Source of the DNA: Octopus sinensis
Lineage: Eukaryota
NCBI RefSeq assembly: GCF_006345805.1
Contig: NC_043007.1
Span: forward strand, 34,348,001 to 34,412,000
DNA: 64,000 nucleotides
Direction of reading: 5' to 3'
Shown: positions 24,284 through 36,075 of the stretch, piece by piece
How positions within the stretch are numbered: the first letter of the stretch is position 1
Layout: the number at the start of each line of letters is the position of its first letter
Notes under the pieces: generated by a model
Databases searched by the model: none
Told to the model about the DNA's origin: nothing
The model's input: the letters and a program-made list of their open reading frames with translations, nothing else
Program-made: the position numbers and the translations under genes

Positions 24284-25070
24284 GTGTCTAAGGAAAATCA
24301 TAATGTAAATTACAACTTCTGCGTTTTATTCCTTCTCACAGTTGGCTTGACAGTCCTATTAGTTTCGCTAGACCCCAGTGTTGAACCCAATCCAGGGCCA
24401 ATGGATTTCGTACCATTCAAATATGAATCAGAAATTGAGAAGTCGACATTTCTATCAGTGAAAAAACTTCATCGTTTTCATGCTAAAATCAAGAGCCATC
24501 TATCATTTCTGGAAATATGCAAACAAGAAAAAGTTATACCGGACGGTCTTACATCAAATATACGAATCAAAGCCTGACAATTCATTGCTCCAAAAGTTTT
24601 ATTTAATTGGTGAGAGCAATTCATTAAACATAATGGAAGCTATTATTGAAAACTATCCTTCAAAATTAATACTGCTTGGTGCAGACGTTAAGGAGATTTT
24701 GAGTGTCCTTGAAAAGGTATGATCTTCTAAAAATCGTTTGAACTTTTTGTGTCAGTGTTTGATGGACATTTCGGCCCTGAAGACAAAAAAGAAAAGAAGC
24801 TGAAAAAGGTGATTTCCCATTCCCCTGAGCCAGTGGGCAAGGAAGCATTCTGGTTGAGAAGATTTGCTTTGAAATATGAAGAGAAGTCGTTTTTATTTTC
24901 AGGACGAATGTTATATGATAAACTCATTGACGCCGGGTCGAAAATCGTAACGGAAAATTTTCCAGAAATTCCAATACAACCAACCATTTTTTCTCACACG
25001 GAATTTCTAACATACAATCCACACAGCACACTGTTTATTCGTCACACCAGGAACAAGTATTTTGTTACAC
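24284..25070 (+). pseudogene. Frameshifted retroelement 5' ORF relic: 2A-like VEPNPGP, PLE-type N-terminal domain and Ulp1/C48 protease-like segment
   Basis: LLVSLDPSVEPNPGP at 24359-24400; HLSFLEICKQEKVIPDGL (PLE N-terminal HxxFLxxCxxxxxxPxGL); KKEKKLKK; FWL..FAL..EEK...G.MLYDKLIDAG...FP...QPT...FIRH....YFVT. Confidence 0.6.
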
Positions 25071-25106
25071 AAACTCTCTCACTTACTCACTCACTCTCCC
25101 TCCCCC

Positions 25107-25155
<49 letters not shown>

Positions 25156-25159
<4 letters not shown>

Positions 25160-25347
25160 GATAAAATAAGAGAAGAAATGGAGCAATATGTAACAATTAG
25201 AAGTTAATCATTAGTATTGAATGATCATAGTTTAATTATGGTTAAGATAACATTTACATTTGTTTCAGTTTGTTATTTTTGAGGAAAACTTGCGTTTACG
25301 ATAATAATAGTAATTCTGATGATGATGATGATGATGATGATATTAAA

Positions 25348-25402
<55 letters not shown>

Positions 25403-25646
25403 TAATAATAATAATAATAATAATAGTCAAGATGAAGAGCGCGATTCGGTTGTAAGATATTTAATTAGTTGAACGATATTTCAACAGTACGTCTGTCTTT
25501 GTCAAGTTCAGAATAAGAAGTGATAAAAATTCAAAATTACAGAAATTTAAACGTAAAGTTTGAACGAGAGCAACCAGCGTCCACACGTTGTTGGAATGAC
25601 ATCATCAGTTTTTAAGTTACAATTTTATAACAGGCGAAAAGAAAAA
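25156..25646. repeat. Uninterrupted copy of the ~490-bp direct repeat (empty site for the Dong LINE)
   Basis: Equals 18638-18797 plus (TAA)n plus 23058-23290, with only ~100 bp of GAT/AAT microsatellite between the halves. Confidence 0.85.
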
Positions 25647-26460
25647 AACCAGTTAGATAACCGCAGAATGTTCTTTCTCTATCAATATATCTAAACCATA
25701 ATTCTTAAAGAATTTGTATAGTCGTTTCTTTATGTTTCCTAATGATCTATTAGTGCAGTTTTAGTTATAAAATGTAGGTCATCCCTATATAGACCTCCTT
25801 CTATGTTAAGATGTTCTAACCCAAGTTCAGATAATAGGTATATTTTGTTACTTGGGCAGAGTCTGGGGCACCCATGGGTATATCAAAGCAATCCCTTGTG
25901 TCTTTCCTAGCCCATAGTTTATTTTTATATTTAATTAGGGATTTCCTCGCCGTTAGTACTACTTTAACTTCATCATATGTCATCTTAACCTTTCTCATAG
26001 CATATATAAGGGCCTTATATAGAATAATCTCGTTAATAGATGAATAATAATTTTCTATATCTGTTTGGATGAACTTGTACCTATTTTTATCTTTAATATT
26101 TTTGAACCAATTTAACGTATCTCGGGTACAACTCCAGAGTTTAAGGTTATTTAACATATAAAGTTTATCTATATATTTATCTAATATAAGTTTACTGACT
26201 CTTCCAATATCGGATTTACATGGGTATAACAGTCTTACTTGCGGGTTCGAATAGAAATTTTTTTAATGGTCCTTAATGGTTATTCTAGGATGCACGGGGA
26301 CATATGGTTCAGTTCTATTTTACAAATCGTATTTCGTCATGATTTTTTTAGATATATTGTTAATCTTATTTAATTGACTTTCACTAACTATTTTATATTT
26401 TTCGTTATTTCTTTTTCATTAGCTAAGTGCAAAATAGTAAATGTCCTGATAACCCGGAAT
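25647..26460 (-). mobile_element. Naiad/Chlamys-type PLE reverse transcriptase relic
   Basis: ORF 25816-26157 reads LNWFKNIKDK...FIQTDIENYYSSI...ARKSL...FDIPMGAPDSAQV; downstream GGLYRDD (25778-25795). Confidence 0.82.
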
Positions 26461-26488
26461 ACCTGTTATTCCCTAATATTATATATAT

Positions 26489-26883
26489 ACTAGCAGTATC
26501 GCCCGGCGTTGCTCGGGTTGTAAGGGAAATAACTATATAAGCATTTTTAGAGAGTTATAGCAAAAAAATAGCAAAAAATGCATTAAAAATTGAAAAAAAA
26601 TTAAGGTAAATTTTTTTTTAAATCGTTGACACACCGTAGATATTTTTGGAGAGTTACTTCCCTTATATAAAAGCGAAAAAATGCATTAAAATGGAAAAAT
26701 ATGATGGTAAATTTTTTTTAAATCGTAGACTCATCGTAGACGCGCGCTAATACCCAGAAGGGCTCGATATGAATCACGACTATAAGATACCCGCTTTTGG
26801 TTAAACTGCACCGCAAAATGTGGGAGTAGTTAGGAATCTAAATCGTAGGAGACAGACACACAACTTCACTCTTATATAAAGAT
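26489..26883 (+). mobile_element. Helentron-associated non-autonomous element (HINE/DINE-1-like)
   Basis: Begins ACTAGC...GCCCGGCGTTGCTCGGG (terminal hairpin) and ends cttatataaagat; internal ~95-bp duplication. Confidence 0.7.
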
Positions 26884-28098
26884 GCTTTTTTTTTTTCAGT
26901 CATAGAGTTAGATTTATGAAGGTCTTCAGTAGAAAATCCTTCGAATTCTGACTCGCTGCTTGATATAATGAAATTCGTATCCATTTTTTGTCAGAATTAC
27001 AAATTTTGAAAACACAATAGGAACAAATTTCGGAAAAAAATCTCCCATAATTCACGGAATTAAAATTACACTTCGATTTTTGTACAAAACTGTAGTTGAA
27101 GTGTTTACGAAGTATAATACGTGTTTTCACGAATATACTAAAGAGATTTGCTCTGATATTCTCATTTAAATATGAATAGGTAAATTCGGGCGGTTTGGTA
27201 ACGAAAGGGTTAAACGGATGCATACATTTATTAATAACTATATATAAGTGTCGTCTGTTTATACATAAACACTGTTTCATACTGCAATTATATATACATA
27301 TATCTATATATATTATATAATAAAATATATACAGAGTAAAATAAAACCAATTTACCTTTTCTGTATTGTTATAGCAATTCCACCGTCCGTGTGTCTTTGC
27401 TAATGTGTTGGAATGATAAGTGAGTTGTGTTTTGGCGCCTTTTTACTAATAACAAACACACACGTGTTTGTATGTAGTTGTTTGAAACGTTTGTGTTTGC
27501 CACTCTCATATATGTATGTGTATGCGTGTGTGTGAGGAATGACACACACACACTCACGCACGCACACATGTACATCAATGCTTTCGGAGTGATATGTTAA
27601 AATATTGAGTTTTCCTCGAATTTTGTCTTAATTGGTGGTAAAATTGAAAGAAATTTTTTATGGCATCACCCACTGAAGTACTCTGAAAAATCATGGGTAC
27701 ACTCTAATTGAAGAAATTGTGTGAGGAGTAAATCGTTATGTATTTATTTGTTTCTGTTTGCTGTGTTTTTTTATTTTTTGAGTAGTGGTTTAAATACTTT
27801 CAGTTTAGTCTTCCTCAAATCACTCTGTCGCTATTTACTTTCATTTTATTCGTTGCACACTGTGTGTGTGCGTTTGCGTGTGGTGTAAACCAGACTAAGA
27901 AAAGCATTGACACACACACCAGAATGTGAGTTTTCTGTAAATTTTGCTTAATTGGAGTTTAAATTTTAAAACTGGACCTGGCATGACGCGATGCATTGTA
28001 CTCTTAAAAATGCTAGGTAAATTGTAATTGAAGAAATCCTATATTGTAGATTTCTATAACTCCCAAAGGGAGGCAGATAAAATCTGCCTTTTATAATA

Positions 28099-28155
<57 letters not shown>

Positions 28156-28914
28156 GATAAATAGATAGATACATGTGTTTGTCCTCCACCATCGCTTATT
28201 CTATCGGTTCTCTTTTGCTGAACTGCTTGGTTACAGGAACGTAAGCACACCAACATCGGTTGTCAAGTGATGATGGAGGACAAATACAGACACAACACAC
28301 AATACACACGCACACAGACACACACCATCCTCTTATTTACGATGATCAACAACTTTTCCATTGCTTCGATGCAAACACACACAATTCCCACACTATAAAC
28401 AATGAAGGAACGGAACGAGTTAAAGCAATCGGACACCCTTAAGGCCCAGCCACGAAAACGCAATTCATGTAATCACGAAGTCGTTATTTACTGAAATATT
28501 CCCCCCCCCCTTCCCATCCTCCTTCACTCAGACACCTCTCATTTATGGTTCTTCTGCCTGCAACACACTTCAGTAATATACGATGTTGAAGAGTAAACAT
28601 ATTCTCCGATAATTCTGGAGAATGTCTAGTAGACCGTGACGTCAGTGCATAGAGGTTAGAATTAACAATAGTCCTAAGGGGAGAAAAAAAATGAACGCAA
28701 ATCTGATTAACTTTATGAATACTCGGCCTCCGCTTTATTTCTTAGTTTTCAGATTTCATTCTATTTCCATTGTTTTCTCACTTCAGGACAATATTATGAA
28801 TTTTTATTAAAAATTTCAATAGTTATGACATGTGTATGTTCTTGTGTCTGGCCGTGTTATTCATACATACATACATATGTACATACGTACGACCGTACAT
28901 ACACGCATCAATCA

Positions 28915-29440
<526 letters not shown>

Positions 29441-29679
29441 CACTAACAGTGGATGTGTTTAATCACACAATACTTCGATAGTTAGCATGGAGAATCTTTC
29501 ATAAGCACTTGTGGTGAATATATAGGTACTCTTGTTTGCATCGCTAGCGGGAGATAATCAACTGTCATAACCACCTTTTAAAAGAGTAAAATGATACATA
29601 AATTTTTACAATGAAGAGGTTGAAAGTGACTTCGAAATATATATGCGCGCTCGCGTGTGTTTGTGTGTGCTCGGGTGTT

Positions 29680-29760
29680 GCTTACCAACTACATGGTTCC
29701 GGGTTCAGTCTCACTGCGTGGCACCTTAGGTAAGTGTCTTCTACTCTAGCCTCGGACCGC
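29680..29760 (+). mobile_element. SINE family A head fragment
   Basis: ttgcttaccaactacatggttccgggttcagtctcactgcgtggcacc. Confidence 0.7.
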
Positions 29761-29923
29761 CTTGTGAATGATAACCTTCATAACAAGGTCCGGATCAACT
29801 TCCAACTATTCTTTCAGTTCACGGCACGCATTCAGTCGTGACTGCTTATAATCTTCCGTGAACAAGCGATTCTTTTCTTTGATGCTATTCTTCGCTCAAA
29901 ATTCGTTGGCAAGAACTCCAGGA

Positions 29924-30881
29924 AGGAATTTCAACCGTGTTTCGTAGTCTGCGACCACAACAGCTCCTTTATAGGATCCAGTTAGCTCAAGACATCATCA
30001 GGAAGAACCACGTCCGGTTTCGGCCCCTACTCCTCTACCATTTTGACGAGGTGTCTTCAGCTCTGGTGTTGGGTGCATATCTTCTTTCTTCTTCTTCTGT
30101 TCCATGGCCTCTTCTATGTAGCGTCAACGAGTGTCAGCGGATGACTGACTTTCTTGTCAAATTTTTCCCTTTAAATACCTGCTGCTAGACTCCAGCAGAC
30201 AGCCACAGCGAGTTGTCACGTGACACTGTCTCAACTTTAACTGACCAATGAAGACGCATAGTCTTAGCCCACGCATTCTCTAAACGACTGTCACCTGTCA
30301 GTCAGCAAAGCTAATTCAGTGTCATCTTGTCTCACCTAGTGATGTTATTTTCCGCCAGCATGTTATGACTTTCAAGCCATTTTTGGTCTTCTCGCTTCAG
30401 CCATATATAGAAGCTGGTTTTTTCGACCGCCTCCTGTACTCTCCTTATTAGTTTTCTCAGCTCCGAGCTAGAAAAAACAAATCTTCTTTTGAACAGCGTT
30501 GTCATTTTTCTTTCAATGAAGCCCCTAGCCCCCACTGCCAGGTGGTAATACTCGACAGTAAGGCGGCGAGCTGGCAGAAACGTTAGCGTGCCGGGCGAAA
30601 TGCGTAGCCGTATTCGTCTGCCGTTACGTTGTGAGTTCAAATTCCGCCGAGGTCGACTTTACCTTTCATCCTTTCGGGTTCGATAAATTAAGTACCAGTT
30701 ACGCACTGGGGTCGATGTAATCAACTTAATACCTATGTCTGTCGTTGTTTATCCCCTCTATGTTTAGCCCCTTGTGGGTAATAAAGAAATAGGTAATACT
30801 CGACATTCCATCCTTGTTCTCTGCACTCTTCGATTAGCTTTTCGTACCTCTTCTCCTTTCGTTCCTCTGCATTGTATTCTT
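29924..30881 (-). mobile_element. R2-superfamily (Hero/NeSL-like) LINE 3' fragment: REL C-terminus and ~400-bp 3' UTR, with 5-bp TSD cagga
   Basis: After removing the SINE: EERKEKRYEKLIEECREQGWNVEYYHLAVGARGFIERK...VQEAVEKTSFYIWLKRED; cagga at 29919-29923 and 30882-30886. Confidence 0.75.
30558..30791 (+). mobile_element. SINE family D, full length, with 14-bp TSD ggtaatactcgaca
   Basis: TSD at 30544-30557 and 30792-30805; head gtaaggcggcgagctggcagaaacgttagc...gagttcaaattcc. Confidence 0.95.
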
Positions 30882-31399
30882 CAGGATACATCACTCATAT
30901 CAACAAGTTCGTCAATTGTTTGGTGACGGTCCTCCAAGATTAGTTCATGAATTTTCGTGATGTTTTTTTATTTGTGCGGGAAGTCGACGGTCGTCCTGAA
31001 CGAGGTTGCTCTTCAAGCGACGAGTGACCATTCCTAAAGCGTGGGAAAACACTCGTAAACTTGTGTTTTACTCATGGCAGCATCCCTGCAAACTGTTTGA
31101 AGCACAACTGTTTAGGCCGCCGTTTTCCCCAGCAGAAAACAGAATTTCACGGAATCACGCTGTTCCTACGTTTCAACCATAGCAAAAATTGACGAATACA
31201 GGAGAAGCACTGTAAAACAAAGGCGCACCACATGGCAGTGCGACCTCACGAGAAGACGCCGGTCGGCAGACGAATGCCTGAGGGTCGCATCAAGTGGCTC
31301 CTAGCGGTGGAAGGTTGAACAACAAAGGGTTTGTCCCACAAAGAACGTTTCTGGATATTTTGGGGGTACCTCCTCCTATAACGTGTGTGCGACATTACG

Positions 31400-31588
31400 T
31401 GTGTGTATGTTTACATCATACAGCTTCACGACCATTGTTGGTTTGTTAACGTCCTGCAAAATGAGCGGTTCGGCAAAAGTGACTGAATGAAATAAGAGCC
31501 AGACTAAAACAGAAAAATAAGAGCTGGGGTCGATTTGTTCGACTAAAACCAGAACGGCCGCAGTCCAATGACTGAAATTAGTAAAAGA
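31400..31588 (+). mobile_element. SINE family A tail, diverged
   Basis: gcggttcggcaaaag...ggggtcgatttgttcgactaaa...ggccgcagtccaatgactgaaa. Confidence 0.65.
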
Positions 31589-31600
31589 CAAAGAATATAC

Positions 31601-31871
31601 TCTCTTTTACTTGTTTCAGTCATGTGACTGTGGCCATGCTGGAGCACCGCCTTTAGTCGAGCAAATCGATCCCAGGACTTATTCTTTGTAAACCTAGCAC
31701 TTATTCTATCGGTTCTCTTTTGCCGAACCGCTAAGTTACGGGGACGTAAACACACCAGCATCGATTGTCAAGCGATGTTGAGGGGACAAACACAGACACA
31801 CAAACATGCACACACACACACACACACACTCACACACACACGCACGCAGCACACAACACACACACACACAC

Positions 31872-31948
<77 letters not shown>

Positions 31949-32335
31949 TGGGAAGCACTCCGTCGGTTACGACGATGAGGGCTCCGGTTGATCCGAATCA
32001 ACGGAACAGCCTGCTCGTGAAATTAACGTGTAAGTGGTTGAGCACTCCACAGACACGTGCACCCTTAACGTAGTTTTCGGGGATATTCAGCGCGACACAG
32101 AGAGTGACAAGGCCGGCCCCTTGAAATACAGGTACAACAGAAACAGGAAGTAAGAGTGAGAGAAAGTTGTGGTGAAAGAGTACAGCAGGGATCACCACCA
32201 TCCCCTGCCGGAGCCTCGTAGAGCTTTAGGTGTTTTCGCTCAATAAACACTCACAACGCCCGGTCTGGGAATCGAAACCGCGATCCTATGACCGCGAGTC
32301 CGCTGCCCTAACCACTGGGTCATTGCGCCTCCACA

Positions 32336-32385
<50 letters not shown>

Positions 32386-32503
32386 ATATACATATATACG
32401 ACGGGCTTCTTTCAGTTTCCGTCTACCAAATCCACTCACAAGGCTTTGGTCGGTCCGAGGCTATAGTAGAAGACACTTGCCCAAGGTGCCACGCAGTGGG
32501 ACT
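31601..32503 (-). mobile_element. SINE family A interrupted within its TA microsatellite by a family B SINE
   Basis: Tail at 31601-31800; head part at 32395-32503. Confidence 0.88.
31950..32332 (-). mobile_element. SINE family B, full length, nested
   Basis: Reverse complement of 10436-10817. Confidence 0.93.
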
Positions 32504-32591
32504 ATTTGAAAATTTATGCTAAAAAATATTTACTAGATAAATCCGTATCAAGAACTATAAACAATCAGAAATTATGGCATAAAAATAACAA

Positions 32592-32635
<44 letters not shown>

Positions 32636-32937
32636 TTGAAGAACTGAAGAATTACGTCCAGGATATTTCCACTTCAGGTTCGTTAATAATTATCATATCA
32701 AAATAGGAAGTTTTACATGTCAAAACAACTTGGATGTTGTCATCAGAATTTAACCGACCTTTGTCTCTTTTTTCTTTTTTAAATTTCTAAATAACGGATT
32801 ATTATGGAGATATGATATGACAAGAATTATTATAGATTAATTTTCAATTTCTATGGAATTAAAACGGATCAATTTTCAACTTCACACGGATGATTATGGA
32901 TCGGTTTTCAAGTTCACAAGAATTAGATTGAATAATA

Positions 32938-32994
<57 letters not shown>

Positions 32995-33270
32995 GTCTTC
33001 AAACGCTGATATGAAAACAGAATATAAACAAAATTACTGAAAATGATAACAGATCTGAAAAATTCTATTCAAAACAATTCTATTTGTCTTTTTGAAAAAT
33101 AATGCTGTTACATTTTTATACAAAAAAAAAAAGAACCCCCAAAAGCTGTTGAAATTTAAGGTTGCTTCATGTCAGAGTACCTTGCATGCTGTCTTTAGAG
33201 ATCGATCGATTTCTGTACTTCGTTTTCAAGTTTACACATGTAGAAAATCCTTTTGTTTTTATAATCATAC

Positions 33271-33533
33271 TCTTTACTCTTTTGCTTGTTTCAGTCATTT
33301 GACTGTGGCCATGCTGGAGCACCGCCTTTAGTCGAGCAAATCGACACCCCAGTACTCATTCTTTGTAAGCCTAGTACTTATTCTATCGGTTCTCTTTTGC
33401 CGAACCGCTAAGTTACGGAGACGTAAACAAACCAGCATCGGTTGTCAAGCGATGTTGGGGAGACAAACACAGACACAAATACACACACACACACACACAC
33501 AACACACCACACACACACACACACACACACACA

Positions 33534-33566
<33 letters not shown>

Positions 33567-33740
33567 CACATATATACGACGGGCTTCTTTCAGTTTCCGG
33601 CTACCAAATCCACTCACAAGGCTTTGGTCGGCCCGAGGCTATAGTAGAAGACACTTGCCCAAGGTGCCACGCAGTGGAACTGAACCCGGAACCATATGGT
33701 TGGTAAGCAATCTACTTACCACACAGCCACTCCTACGCCT
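33271..33740 (-). mobile_element. SINE family A, full length
   Basis: Tail and head both present. Confidence 0.92.
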
Positions 33741-34350
33741 CCTAATGGTTACGATGTTGCAAAAGGCATCAGCAGTTATGTCGTTTCCACATAATCAGTT
33801 TCGAAAGTTTTCTTAGCACCTGACATCCAAAAAGCACGAGAGACCCGTCTTTTGAAATTTCATAAATGCTTCATAAATGCTGAAGTGACATTCAAGAAGT
33901 ACCTCTACCAATCCTTCAGACTCTTCAAGCATAACAGCTATTTTAAGAGTTAAAGGAAATTCACAACCTTGCCAACAGAATCAAGCAACAGAAAGAAAAA
34001 AGAGAACTGCCGATTCAGTTAGATAAGAAACCTACAAACTGATTCTTTGATATCATCAAGACTGATATCTTCTCAATCTTTTTAAAATTCTGCTAGTTTC
34101 AGAAAGGTGGCTGTCTTCTTTTGATTCAATCTCTGGTTCTAGTGCAAAAGCTTTCATCCAAATACTGAAATGTTATCTCTTTTTTTTTTTCTCAAATAAC
34201 ATTCATCTTTTTCTATAATCGTGTTTCGATCTATTTTCTGGTTCCATTATTAAAGCAATCATCCACATGCTGAAATTTAATCTCTTCTTATAGTGACATT
34301 GACATTTTCTCTTTGAGTAATTGAAACCTTTCAAACAAAATGGCTGCATA

Positions 34351-34507
34351 GGGTGCAAGTATGGCTGTGTGGTTAAGAAGCTTGTTTTGAAACTACGTGG
34401 TTTCGAGTTCAATCTCACAGGGCGGCATCTTGGGGAAGTGTCTTCAACTAAAGCTTTGGACCGACTAATGAATTTGATAGCGGAAACTGTATGAAGCCTG
34501 TCGTGGC

Positions 34508-34551
<44 letters not shown>

Positions 34552-34881
34552 CTGTATCTATATCTATATCTATATATATATGTATACAGACGCAAGGACA
34601 CAGACACAGGATCACATATACACACTCATACACACACATGTATACGTATATGTGTGTCTTTGTGTCCGTGTTTGTTCCCTTCACCGTTAGGCAACCGGTG
34701 TTGGTTTGTTTACGTCCACGTGACTTAGCGGCTCGGTAAAAAGGGACCCCACCAAAACATGCACCAGACTTAACATACAAAAAAAAAAAACATAAACCCT
34801 GCGCCCGATTTTCTTTCTACTAAACTCTTGAAAGCGCCGACCCAGCATGGCCACAATCCAATGATTGACACAAGTAAAGAG
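34351..34881 (+). mobile_element. SINE family A-like, older and diverged
   Basis: tatggctgtgtggttaagaagcttg...gttcaatctcac...cagcatggccacaatccaatgattgacacaagtaaagag. Confidence 0.7.
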
Positions 34882-34884
34882 AAT

Positions 34885-35230
34885 GGCGAAGGAGTGGCTG
34901 TGTGGTAAGTAGCTTGCTTACGAACCACATGGCAAGTGTCTTCTACTATAGCCTTGTGAGTGGATTTGGTAGACAGAAACTGAAAGCAGCCCGTCGTATA
35001 TATGTACATATATATATATATTTGTGTGTGTTTGCCCCCCCCCCCCTCAACATCGCTTGACAACCGATGCTGGTGTGTTTACGTCCCCGTAACCTAGTGA
35101 TTCGGCAAAAAGAGACCGATAGAATAAGTATTAGGCTTACAAAGAATAAGTTCTGGGGCCGATTTGCTCGACTAAAGGCAGTGCTCCAGCATGGCCGTAG
35201 TCAAATGATTGAAACAAGTAAAAAAAAAGA
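34885..35230 (+). mobile_element. SINE family A with internal deletions in the head
   Basis: ggcgaaggagtggctgtgtgg...gaaacaagtaaaaaaaaaga. Confidence 0.88.
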
Positions 35231-35968
35231 GAGATAAAAAGAAATGAAATACGGAACATATGTAAGAAATATCATTACAAACTTTTAGCCAATGAAGTAT
35301 TGCCGCGCTTTCGGATATAATGCGTATCAAGGAATGCTACATGTATTACCCACTAAATTGTAACCCAGAAAAATTTAAAGCTGAGAGCTACTTTCTTGCA
35401 AATAAATGTGTTAACATGTGACATTATTGACCGAGGTTACCGTGGTCTTTTCCGTAGGCTTATCTGTTTCCCCCTTTACATCATGACATTTTTGTGATAC
35501 ATGACCCCTATTGATCGTTTTTTTAACGATCCCTTTTGATCGAAAACGTACCCCCTCCCTTTTTTCTTCCCAAAAAGAAATGCTCTACTTTGTGATTTGT
35601 CCTTCTGTGTCCAGCCCTGTGTGCCTAATAAAGAATTTAATTTATTTAAGGTAGATGTTGCTTTAGTGTTACTGTAAGGGACCACATATCGGTGGTATAC
35701 TCAGCCAATTCGATGAGCAGGTAACTCACCTGACAGGAGATCTGGATGTTCGTTGTCGACAAAGACGGAGTTCCTTTTTACTTTTACTTCCACTGTCGAA
35801 TAGATTTTACCATTGTAAAATTATTCCACCCTTTCTCAATTAATATCTCCCCCTTTCTCTCTCACTCTTTCAGTATATATATATATATATAATATATACA
35901 TACACACACACATATATATGCATACATACATATATATGCATACATACATACATACATACATACATACA

Positions 35969-36004
<36 letters not shown>

Positions 36005-36006
36005 TA

Positions 36007-36075
<69 letters not shown>

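Larger units (their letters stand above)
29765..31380 (-). mobile_element. Mariner (Tc1/mariner) transposon relic, split by an insertion at 29924-30881
   Basis: TIR-like end (TA)TAGGAGGAGGTACCCCCAAAA at ~31357-31380; HTH region MSKTQVYE..RFRNG..LEEQPRSGRPSTS...LILEDR..TIDELVDMSDVS continues across the insertion as WSSCQRILSEE...QSRLNACRELKE*LEVDPDL. Confidence 0.85.

Noticed and set aside
29960-30010. LDPIKELLW resembling the Tc1/IS630 LNPIE.LW motif
   Set aside because: It lies inside the TSD-bounded LINE 3' UTR with stops around it; judged coincidental
33790-34200. Possible decayed transposase or exon on the minus strand
   Set aside because: Only short open stretches and no motif that could be named
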